DNA of 64,000 nt. Source: Candidatus Hydrogenedens sp. (GTDB taxonomy: Bacteria; Hydrogenedentota; Hydrogenedentia; Hydrogenedentales; Hydrogenedentaceae). The stretch covers positions 20,359 through 84,358 of the forward strand of contig DAOSBX010000003.1 of assembly GCA_035361075.1 (NCBI GenBank). The letters run 5' to 3'. Below the pieces are notes generated by a model. The model saw nothing but the letters and a program-made list of their open reading frames with translations. It had not been told where the DNA came from and ran no database searches. Below are positions 35,155-43,601 of this stretch, in pieces. Made by a program: the position numbers and the translations under genes. How positions within the stretch are numbered: position 1 is the first letter of the stretch; each line of letters begins with the position of its first letter.

Positions 35155-38100
35155 TTACCAGTTTATATCCAACTGGTTTCTTTTTGTATCGTAGAACTGA
35201 ATTGAAAACCCATGATTTCCTTTTTCCTTGACACACTCAATAAAAATATTGTTTTTCCATCGTTTAAGTGTCACCTTAGCTTCAAGAATTTGGACTTCGT
35301 TCGAATGGATTGGGTTTTCAATTATTTTAGAATTATTGAGCCATAATTTTATTCGGTTAGTAGTCTTAACCTGAACAATAACCTCCTTATTATCCTCATA
35401 ATTAAATTCCGCAAAAGCGAACGCAATACCGTTATCTTGTTCGAGGTAAGAAGGATGTAATGGAATTGTAAGAGCTTGATGGAAGTTAAGGAAATGATTA
35501 TTTTTCTTGTTTGTATACCATGGCTTCCATGTATTCACGCCATATTTGCCGTAAAAAGATTCTGACAAATTTGTATTTTTGAATGAAGGATAATAGGTAT
35601 CTTCTTCACTTTTGGGTATGGGAAATTCTCCAATAACCAACCATTTACGGAAATATTTATCTCTTTCCGACCTAAACCACTCCACCGAAGATTGTGGAAT
35701 AGGTAAAGGTTCTTCTGAAGGTATAGCCCTTCTCGAAAAATAAGTTGCCATATTTGTAAAGATATGAGTAGCCAATGGGTCAATGGAAATGTTTTCTAAA
35801 ATATGCAGATGAGTGAATACAAGTTTTCCAATTCCGTAACGTTGGACCAGTATGTCATTAGCCCAGAAAGGTTCTATTTCATCTTGATGTGGGAAAACAA
35901 CACAACCACATATATCCTCATCGCCTTTTTCTGCAATGACCTTAGATGAAATTATGTTATTAAAAGGTTTTTTCATAAGACATCGATTAGGTAGGTTTAA
36001 AAAGATAGGATGTGGTTTGACATAGTGAAAATGACTGCAATCGGGGTAGTTGTTTAAGTCTATTGTTGTAAATTCTGGACAGTCAGGGAAAATTTCCTTT
36101 AGCCTATTCCAATCATCAGGTGGAGAAAAGACAATCCCAATGGCTCCATACCGAACTTGTTCTAACATCATTAGAATCTCTTTATCGGGATAGCCAAAAA
36201 TAGTATTAGAGATTGGAGGTAGAATATAAATATGAGGGATTTCTCCATTTTGGTCTATCCATTCAGAACAAATTTTTTCATAATAATTTGTAGGATCTAT
36301 TATTTCAACTGGTATTTTAATAGGTGTAGGTGTAGGTGCTACATAATAGTCAAGTTTTACTTCCGAAACAACGTTATTATCTATTGATAGTTGAGCAACT
36401 AATAAATGATTCCCAATATTACTTGACCCTGAAATGTCCCCTTGCCATAAATCTGTGGTGTCTTTTTTAATTTTGATATTCTTTTTTTTCTTCTTCCATA
36501 ACACTTGATTTGCTGGGCTTAGAATCTGAACAGTTAATCCAACTTGAATTTCGGACTCATCTGCATCAGAATTTATAAAAATTTTATTATCTAAGCGGGG
36601 TAATGATATAACAACTGGGGATTCTTCTCCCTGAGTAAGATTTTGTTTTTCCAATGATAAGGAAATACGAAGATTATTATTTAGTGAGGAAAATTTCTGT
36701 AGGAGCTCGGTTGAGTTCTTAAATGTGTCTAATAAGGATTCAGCTTCTAAAAATAATGGTCGATTTAAAGTAGAAATACAATGCCCTGCAATTTTCCTAT
36801 GCTGATAACAAGTATCTATATACGTTTGAATATTTGACAAATAAATCTCTTTGATTTGTTCAAGCAAATTTTCAAAAGAATTTAAAGATAAGTTCAGGTC
36901 TCTTTCTTCAAACCCTTGTTTGATTTGTAGATAATATTTTTCGAGTATATTCCCTTTTGCATTTTTATCACATTCATTTTCTGAAATGACGTTATCAATA
37001 CTCTTTACAGCAAAATGTAATATGTTATCATTACAAACATGCTCTAAAAATAATCGTGTCGCATTATTTGTGTATTGCTGAGGTTTAATGGAAATGTATT
37101 TCATTGGAGATAAATCAACTTTATAGGGTGGGCAAAAACAAAACGTATCATTATTTCCCGAATCTTTATGTTGGATGCTAATAAATCTACTACGGTCAAT
37201 TTTTCTAAAGAAATGGATAAGTGATTTTGGCTCTGGTGTCTCTGATGCATCTTCTATTTGAAACCAAACCAGAGAAGGATGATTTATTTGATTTGTTACA
37301 ATTTCATCTATTTCACGTTCTACTACTTTTTGCCATTTATGGTGGTTTTGAGAATATTTTAACGAGGGTGTTTCTGAAACTAAAATGCCAATCTCATCAC
37401 AGAGAGTTAAGACCTTATTAGGTAGAGGTTTGCCATGGGTGAATAGAAAATTATATCCCAATTTCTTAACGATTAATAGATTCTCTCTGATTATTTTTTC
37501 TGACAATGAGTCTGTGTTTATATCTTTATAGTTCCAATCAAAGTCTAAGGCTTTTACAAAAAATGGCTTGAAGTTAAAAATGAAATAATTTTGACGAACA
37601 CTAAAATCCCTCATTCCGAATTTAACCTTGGCTAAATCAGAGTTATTTTCATTTTGGTATTCTACAGTTATGTCATACAAAATCGGTGAATCTGGATCCC
37701 ATAAGTCAAATTTTTTTAAGGGTATTACAATCTTTGGGAGATGATGTTTAATATCGACGCCTAATTCTGGAATTTTAACTGTGTAAGTACCTCCTTTTTG
37801 ATTTGTATGGGCATTTATGATTAGCATTTTGCCCATAATATCTGACCTGACACAGACCTTTTGAATATAGAACAAATCTCTTTGCTCTAAATAGACATCC
37901 CCCCAAATCCCAGGATAATTCAACCATGAAGAATCATAGATGAATTTATGGTACGTTTCTTCAATTTTTGAAAAAGGAGACAATTTAATAGCAAGAAAAT
38001 TCTTTCCTGGCTTTATATATTTTGTAATATGTATTTGAAAAGGTGAAAATGCTCCGCCTAAATGTTTACCAATATAATTGTTATTAAGCCACAGAGATGC

Positions 38101-38361
38101 TGAGAAGTTAACATTACTTAAATAAAGGAAAAGTAGTTTATTATCTGGTATTTCTTGAATTTCAAATTCTCTAAAGTACCATAAGGTTGTTGTTATAGGA
38201 TTAAATTGAGGTGGGATAGGTTCTATTTGTGGAACTTGGATTTCTATACCGTGTCCCAAAGGTGGGGTATTAAACCATTCTTCTGCCTCACCCTGTTGAT
38301 TAGGGTCAGGAACAACAGTCCAGATACCATCAAGATTAAATTTTTGTCGATTCGGAAACAT
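35155..38361 (-). CDS. GH2-like glycoside hydrolase (sugar-binding jelly roll + Ig + TIM barrel) with ~600-aa uncharacterised C-terminal extension
   Basis: 1068 aa with no signal peptide. The N-terminal features are GH2-like (LDGIWTVVPD..., LWLNNNYIGKHLGGAFSPFQIHITKYI, GIWGDVYLEQR), as is NHPSLVWFQIEDASE at the position of the GH2 NHPS..W..GNE acid/base motif. Confidence 0.55.
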   Translation of the reverse strand: MFPNRQKFNLDGIWTVVPDPNQQGEAEEWFNTPPLGHGIEIQVPQIEPIPPQFNPITTTLWYFREFEIQEIPDNKLLFLYLSNVNFSASLWLNNNYIGKHLGGAFSPFQIHITKYIKPGKNFLAIKLSPFSKIEETYHKFIYDSSWLNYPGIWGDVYLEQRDLFYIQKVCVRSDIMGKMLIINAHTNQKGGTYTVKIPELGVDIKHHLPKIVIPLKKFDLWDPDSPILYDITVEYQNENNSDLAKVKFGMRDFSVRQNYFIFNFKPFFVKALDFDWNYKDINTDSLSEKIIRENLLIVKKLGYNFLFTHGKPLPNKVLTLCDEIGILVSETPSLKYSQNHHKWQKVVEREIDEIVTNQINHPSLVWFQIEDASETPEPKSLIHFFRKIDRSRFISIQHKDSGNNDTFCFCPPYKVDLSPMKYISIKPQQYTNNATRLFLEHVCNDNILHFAVKSIDNVISENECDKNAKGNILEKYYLQIKQGFEERDLNLSLNSFENLLEQIKEIYLSNIQTYIDTCYQHRKIAGHCISTLNRPLFLEAESLLDTFKNSTELLQKFSSLNNNLRISLSLEKQNLTQGEESPVVISLPRLDNKIFINSDADESEIQVGLTVQILSPANQVLWKKKKKNIKIKKDTTDLWQGDISGSSNIGNHLLVAQLSIDNNVVSEVKLDYYVAPTPTPIKIPVEIIDPTNYYEKICSEWIDQNGEIPHIYILPPISNTIFGYPDKEILMMLEQVRYGAIGIVFSPPDDWNRLKEIFPDCPEFTTIDLNNYPDCSHFHYVKPHPIFLNLPNRCLMKKPFNNIISSKVIAEKGDEDICGCVVFPHQDEIEPFWANDILVQRYGIGKLVFTHLHILENISIDPLATHIFTNMATYFSRRAIPSEEPLPIPQSSVEWFRSERDKYFRKWLVIGEFPIPKSEEDTYYPSFKNTNLSESFYGKYGVNTWKPWYTNKKNNHFLNFHQALTIPLHPSYLEQDNGIAFAFAEFNYEDNKEVIVQVKTTNRIKLWLNNSKIIENPIHSNEVQILEAKVTLKRWKNNIFIECVKEKGNHGFSIQFYDTKRNQLDINW

Positions 38362-38483
38362 CTATTATCCTCAATGATTCTCGAGAGGAATAAGAATTTT
38401 ACTTTTATTTTTAGTCCCAGTTCAAATTATACTACTATCTCGAGTTAATTATATGAAGAAATGATGAACATGAAAGGAATTGT

Positions 38484-39497
38484 ATGATTGTAGTTATGTT
38501 AACTATGATATCAATTATTAATAAAATTGCTACTGATAATTTTCAACTTCCTGAACCTGCAGATATATTTAAAAATTTTACACAAAAAAATTCAAATTAC
38601 GATGTAATACTTCGCCCTGATAAAGATGAACCTGAGTGGTGGGCTGGTGCTCCATCAGTAGTTCGAGATTCCAATGGTATTTTTTGGCTTGCATGTAGAA
38701 TGAGAACCGCCGAAGGACAAAGAGGTTTAAGGGGTTATGAGATTAGAATATTAAAAAGTGAAGATGGAATTCATTTCAAGACTGTTAAAAATATTTTGCG
38801 TGAACAGGTACCCGTTTCTGGTTTTGAGCGTCCAGCCATTGTGATTGATAAAAAGACAAGCAAATATAAATTATATGCATGTTCGCCTGATGAACATGGG
38901 GTATGGTCAATAATTAAGTTTGATGATGCAGATACCCCCGAGGAGTTTAAGCCTGATACAGCAAAAAAGGTAATTCAGCCTCCTGAAAAGAGATTTGAAC
39001 GAGATATTCAACCTCGAGGATATAAAGACCCTTTTATTTTTATCCATGATAATTTATATCACTGTTATGTAATAGGGTATATCCGAGAAAATGAATGGAT
39101 ATTCCACTTTACAAGTGAGGATGGTGAAACATGGAAACCAATAGGAAATAGTATCGAGCCGATAATGAACTTGAATGGATGGCATAACTTTTTTGTGCGT
39201 CCCTCATCTATTTTACCTTTAGGAGTTGGATTCGTGTTTGTTTATGAAGGTTCAAATATGAATTGGTATGACCCTGTTTACAATATAGCAACAGGTTTAG
39301 GTTTTACTTTTGACCTTCATAATATAATAGATTTAACGCCAAACTCTCCGTTTTTGGTAAGTTTAACACCTGGGGATAAATTTGCTACATTTAGGTATTC
39401 TCATTGGTTATGGGTTAATGATGAGGTGTGGATTTATGCAGAAGTTGTTTGCCCAAATCGTACCCATGAGATAAGGCTATACAGAGTAAAGAGGTAA
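38484..39497 (+). CDS. Cytoplasmic beta-propeller glycoside-hydrolase/phosphorylase-like protein (GH43/32/130-type fold suspected)
   Basis: 337 aa with no signal peptide. Repeated beta-strand-rich blades carry W/D/E (WWAGAPSVVRDSNGIFWLACR, YKDPFIFIHDNLYHCYV, FTSEDGETWKP). The family was not identified. Alternative starts lie at 38496 and 38505. Confidence 0.4.
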   Translation: MIVVMLTMISIINKIATDNFQLPEPADIFKNFTQKNSNYDVILRPDKDEPEWWAGAPSVVRDSNGIFWLACRMRTAEGQRGLRGYEIRILKSEDGIHFKTVKNILREQVPVSGFERPAIVIDKKTSKYKLYACSPDEHGVWSIIKFDDADTPEEFKPDTAKKVIQPPEKRFERDIQPRGYKDPFIFIHDNLYHCYVIGYIRENEWIFHFTSEDGETWKPIGNSIEPIMNLNGWHNFFVRPSSILPLGVGFVFVYEGSNMNWYDPVYNIATGLGFTFDLHNIIDLTPNSPFLVSLTPGDKFATFRYSHWLWVNDEVWIYAEVVCPNRTHEIRLYRVKR

Positions 39498-39556
39498 ACA
39501 TTAGAACGCAAGTTTAAAATATTATCCTGTTTATTTTAAAATATTCTTCCATTATT

Positions 39557-40888
39557 GTGATGATTACCCACCTACATGAAAGGAATGCGAAAGTGGAAAA
39601 AATTGTAAATCTTTGTAAAAGAAGAGGTTTAATTTTTCAGTCCAGTGAGATTTATGGAGGTATCAATGGATTTTGGGATTATGGTCCATTAGGGGTTGAA
39701 CTGAAAAAGAACTTAAAAGATGATTGGTGGTATGTGTTTGTTCAAACAAGAGAAGACATGCTTGGCTTGGATGCCAGTATTATAATGCACCCAGATACTT
39801 GGGTAGCCAGTGGTCATGTTGCTGAGTTTCATGACATGTTGGTTGATTGTAAATCATGCAAGAAACGATTCCGTGCTGACCATATTGAAGGTGACCGTTG
39901 TCCAGAATGTGGTGGAGAATTAACAGAACCACGTGCATTTAACAGTATGTTAAGAACACGGATTGGGGTGAGTGATGATACCGCTGTGGATACTTATCTT
40001 CGACCTGAGACCTGCCAATCTATTTTTGTGGATTTTAAGCAAATATATAGTACCAGCCGTGTTAAAGTCCCATTTGGTATTGCACAAATAGGTAAAAGCT
40101 TTAGAAATGAAGTAAATCCACGAAACTTTATTTTTAGGAGCCGTGAATTTGAACAGATGGAAATTGAATTTTTCTGCAGGGAAGAGGAAGAAGAAAAGTG
40201 GTTTGAACGTTGGCAGGAATGGATTTGGCAATGGTATTTGGATATTGGTATTCGAGAGAATAAACTCCGCTGGTATGAACATCCAAAGGAGTCTTTAGCA
40301 CATTACTCTAAGAGAACAGTTGATATCGAATATGAATTCCCATTTGGATGGGGTGAACTCCAAGGGTTAGCTAATCGTGGCAAATTTGATTTAACACAGC
40401 ACTCAAACTATTCAAAAAAAGACCTTTCATATTTCGACCCTGAAAAAAATGAGAGATATATTCCCACAGTGATAGAGCCATCAGCTGGTGTGGATAGAAC
40501 TATATTGGCAGTGTTGTGTGATGCTTACGATGAAGAAATGGTAGAAGGAGAATTACGTATAGTACTTCGACTCCATCCACGTCTGGCTCCTATTAAGGCA
40601 GGTATTTTTCCATTAGTTAAAAAACATGGACTGGCTGAAATTGCTACAGACCTTGAGAAAAAATTGCGTAAAAAGTTTATAACATTTTATGATGATTCTG
40701 GTGCCATCGGACGAAGATACCGCCGAATGGATGAAGTCGGAACCCCATTCTGTATTACGGTTGATTTTCAGACTAAAGAAGATGGAACCGTAACTATTCG
40801 TGAACGTGATGCAATGACACAAGTTCGACTACCTATGGAAGATGTTGCAGGTTTTATAGAAAAACACATTACTCATGAACGCACATAG
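39557..40888 (+). CDS. glyQS: Glycine--tRNA ligase (class II, alpha2 GlyQS type)
   Basis: Motifs: KIVNLCKRRGLIFQSSEIYGGINGFWDYGPLGVELKKN, RPETCQSIF and FRNE..PRNFIFRSREFEQMEIEFF, plus an anticodon-binding C-terminus. The true start may be GTG 39593 (M-EKIVNL), preceded by AAAGGA. Confidence 0.9.
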   Translation: MMITHLHERNAKVEKIVNLCKRRGLIFQSSEIYGGINGFWDYGPLGVELKKNLKDDWWYVFVQTREDMLGLDASIIMHPDTWVASGHVAEFHDMLVDCKSCKKRFRADHIEGDRCPECGGELTEPRAFNSMLRTRIGVSDDTAVDTYLRPETCQSIFVDFKQIYSTSRVKVPFGIAQIGKSFRNEVNPRNFIFRSREFEQMEIEFFCREEEEEKWFERWQEWIWQWYLDIGIRENKLRWYEHPKESLAHYSKRTVDIEYEFPFGWGELQGLANRGKFDLTQHSNYSKKDLSYFDPEKNERYIPTVIEPSAGVDRTILAVLCDAYDEEMVEGELRIVLRLHPRLAPIKAGIFPLVKKHGLAEIATDLEKKLRKKFITFYDDSGAIGRRYRRMDEVGTPFCITVDFQTKEDGTVTIRERDAMTQVRLPMEDVAGFIEKHITHERT

Positions 40889-40896
40889 TTTTTCCC

Positions 40897-41628
40897 ATGG
40901 AATTATTTGATACATGTGCTGATAACTATGACCAATTTCGCACAGGAAGTGCTCCTTATCTTTTTACAGTTATATCTCTCTTAAAACGATTTAAAATCAA
41001 TTCTTTACTCGATTTAGGTTGTGGAACAGGAAACCTTTATTATCAACTCTCTCCGCATTGGAAAGGCAAATATATTGGACTTGATATTTCATTAAAAATG
41101 CTGAGAAAGGCACAAGAAAAACGACTTCCTGCAAATTGGGTTCATGCTGATGTACATGATATTCCATGTTCTGACAATTCCTTTGATGCAATTTCAGGAA
41201 TTTATGTTTTACACCTGTTAGATAGCCTTCCCAAAATGGTATCAGAATGCCGAAGGGTATTAAAACATGGTTGGGTACTTTTCGTTTCTGCTCCTCATCT
41301 TTTTATCAAAAATCACCCTTTAAATCAGTTTTTCCCCAGTTTTTCCGAAATAGATATTCAACGTTTTCCGAAAGAGGAGGATATTGTAAACATGCTTATG
41401 GAGGCAGGTTTTTATAATATTCATCAAGAATATTATATATCAGTTAGAGATTGGTTATCAGAAGAATATCTGCAAAAAATTAGTTCGAAATTTATTTCAA
41501 CATTACGACTCATTCCACAAAATGAATTTGAAGAGGGACTTATTAAAATGAAAGAGGAAGTATTAAAAAATAAGTCACCAAAACGTATTCCTTGGGAAAG
41601 TGTTTTAATTGTAGGATTTTGTGATTAA
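40897..41628 (+). CDS. Class I SAM-dependent methyltransferase
   Basis: Motif I LLDLGCGTGN, followed by the acidic loop YIGLDIS and the post-II region FDAISGIYVLHL. Confidence 0.8.
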   Translation: MELFDTCADNYDQFRTGSAPYLFTVISLLKRFKINSLLDLGCGTGNLYYQLSPHWKGKYIGLDISLKMLRKAQEKRLPANWVHADVHDIPCSDNSFDAISGIYVLHLLDSLPKMVSECRRVLKHGWVLFVSAPHLFIKNHPLNQFFPSFSEIDIQRFPKEEDIVNMLMEAGFYNIHQEYYISVRDWLSEEYLQKISSKFISTLRLIPQNEFEEGLIKMKEEVLKNKSPKRIPWESVLIVGFCD

Positions 41629-41635
41629 TAAAAAC

Positions 41636-42571
41636 TTATCTGTTGGTATTTTGGGGTAATAATTCAATTTCAAAAAGGGTATCCCAATATTTACCCGTTA
41701 TTAAAAGATGGTAGTTGTCATTACGAAATGCTATACCATTTAATACATCTGCGTGAGTGGGGTTTAATAATTGATTTTTTAATCCATATAAATTTATTTT
41801 TCCAACCACATTTCCTGTGTCTGGTTGTATAACTACTATAAAATCTTTATACCATACATTAGCACAAATATAGCCCTCAATAAACTCGAGTTCATTTAAT
41901 TGAGTAATTGGATTCCCTCCTTCCTGAACAAATATCGTTTTTACAACTTTAAACGTTTCAGGCTCACGAAAAGAAAGATATGCTGACCCATCTGACATTA
42001 TTAAATATTTACCATCATAGGTAAGTCCCCATCCTTCTCCCTCATAAAAGAACCCCTTTTGGAACTCAAGAGTGTCTCGAGAGTAGACAAAACAAATACC
42101 TTCTTCCCATGTTATTTGATATAGCAAATTTCCAACAAGTGCTATTCCCTCCCCAAAAATTTTACTAAATGTTTGACCATTATATTCCTGAGGTAAACTC
42201 CTTGATAGTAAGGGAACCCCTGTTTCTAATTCTACAATGCGAATAGAAGATTCTCCATATAATCCTGTGCTTTCGTAAAGTACACCATTATCCCAAATTA
42301 AACCTTGAGTAAAAGCAGAACTGTCATGTGGGTATTTAGATACAATACGATATGTTAATGTAAAAGGATACTGGGAAGGCCAAAAGGCTGATGTGATTTC
42401 ATCTTCACCTTCTCCTTCAGGTGGGTGATTGGTTACTCCTTCGGGTTCTGTGTGTATTTGCCCCTCAGGAGTTAAAGTATTTACACTTTCCCCCTCTATT
42501 GGTTTTTTGTTTTCACAACAGGGAAGAAACAAAAAGCAATGTATCAGTATAATAATAATGTAACGTTTCAT
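41636..42571 (-). CDS. Glutaminyl-peptide cyclotransferase (beta-propeller, plant/bacterial type) lipoprotein
   Basis: Lipobox LFLPCC and a Pro/Glu/Gly linker. Family motifs: FTQGLIWDNGVLYESTGLYGESS, FGEGIALVGNLLYQITW, GEGWGLTYDGKYLIMSDGS, LNELEF. Confidence 0.85.
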   Translation of the reverse strand: MKRYIIIILIHCFLFLPCCENKKPIEGESVNTLTPEGQIHTEPEGVTNHPPEGEGEDEITSAFWPSQYPFTLTYRIVSKYPHDSSAFTQGLIWDNGVLYESTGLYGESSIRIVELETGVPLLSRSLPQEYNGQTFSKIFGEGIALVGNLLYQITWEEGICFVYSRDTLEFQKGFFYEGEGWGLTYDGKYLIMSDGSAYLSFREPETFKVVKTIFVQEGGNPITQLNELEFIEGYICANVWYKDFIVVIQPDTGNVVGKINLYGLKNQLLNPTHADVLNGIAFRNDNYHLLITGKYWDTLFEIELLPQNTNR

Positions 42572-42647
42572 AGATGCTCATAAGTTATTTAGTGATTATT
42601 TAAAATGTTTTTTAGAAAAGTATAACAAAAGAAATAGAAAACAAAAA

Positions 42648-43580
42648 ATGATTATCCCTCAAAGAATACAAATACAAACACAAACAGGGTGCAATGGCCG
42701 TTGTGTATTTTGTCCCAATGAACAATTTATAAAAGCACATCTTCCCACAGGAAGAATGCCAAAGGAACTATTTTGTTCCATCATTGATCAATTGGCAACT
42801 CTAAACCCACATCGGATTATGCCCTATTTACAAAACGAACCATTGCTGGATGAACGGTTGCCAGAATTAGTTGAATATATTCATAAAAAGATGCCCAAAG
42901 TAACAACATTAGTTGTAAGTAATGGAACACGATTGAATAATGAAATGGGAGAAAAATTAATAGAAAGTGGGTTAAAACGACTGAAAGTAAGTTTACAATC
43001 TTTAAATGATGAAGTTAATCAACAACTTATGGGTTATCCTGCAAAACCTGTCATTGAAAATATTATAATTTTTTCAAATTTATTAAAAAAGAAACAATCC
43101 GATATGGATTTTAGGGTCTCTACAATAGTTACCTCTAAGAATGAAAAAGAGATTGATGAAATGAAGAAACTCTGGGGAAAGTATGGTATCCGTCTTGTTT
43201 TATCATCGCTTGAGAATAGGGGTGGAAATATTTCTAATGTCTTAGAGTTATCTAATACCCCCGAGATGCGTTTAAGAAGAGGATGTATTCGTCCAACTCG
43301 TGATATGTGTATTCTGTTTAATGGTAAAGTTGTTTTGTGCTGTGTGGATTGGCTTAGAACGGTAATTTTGGGTGACCTTAACGAAAAATCGATAACAGAG
43401 ATATGGAATTCTCCTCGTCTTCAAATGATTCGTGAAGGGTTAAATATGGAGGATTGTTGTCATTTGCCCGAAATATGTCGAAATTGTTCTGAAGCCGTAG
43501 AAAACTATAGAAAAACCCCTTCATGGTTAAAACAAATTAAAAATTCCTTTAAACAGGTATTCCAAAATCTGACAAAATAG
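42648..43580 (+). CDS. Radical SAM enzyme with C-terminal SPASM/twitch-like Cys-rich domain
   Basis: CxxxCxxC cluster motif GCNGRCVFCP near the N-terminus. The C-terminal cysteines are CIRPTRDMC...VVLCCVDW...DCCHLPEICRNC. Confidence 0.85.
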   Translation: MIIPQRIQIQTQTGCNGRCVFCPNEQFIKAHLPTGRMPKELFCSIIDQLATLNPHRIMPYLQNEPLLDERLPELVEYIHKKMPKVTTLVVSNGTRLNNEMGEKLIESGLKRLKVSLQSLNDEVNQQLMGYPAKPVIENIIIFSNLLKKKQSDMDFRVSTIVTSKNEKEIDEMKKLWGKYGIRLVLSSLENRGGNISNVLELSNTPEMRLRRGCIRPTRDMCILFNGKVVLCCVDWLRTVILGDLNEKSITEIWNSPRLQMIREGLNMEDCCHLPEICRNCSEAVENYRKTPSWLKQIKNSFKQVFQNLTK

Positions 43581-43601
43581 GTCTGATTTGTTTTTTTACT
43601 T

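Noticed and set aside
39513-39552. Direct repeat TTAAAATATT x2 upstream of glyQS, considered as a T-box or regulatory element
   Set aside because: The region is too short to hold a T-box, there is no specifier or antiterminator structure, and the AT-rich repeat is likely a chance occurrence.
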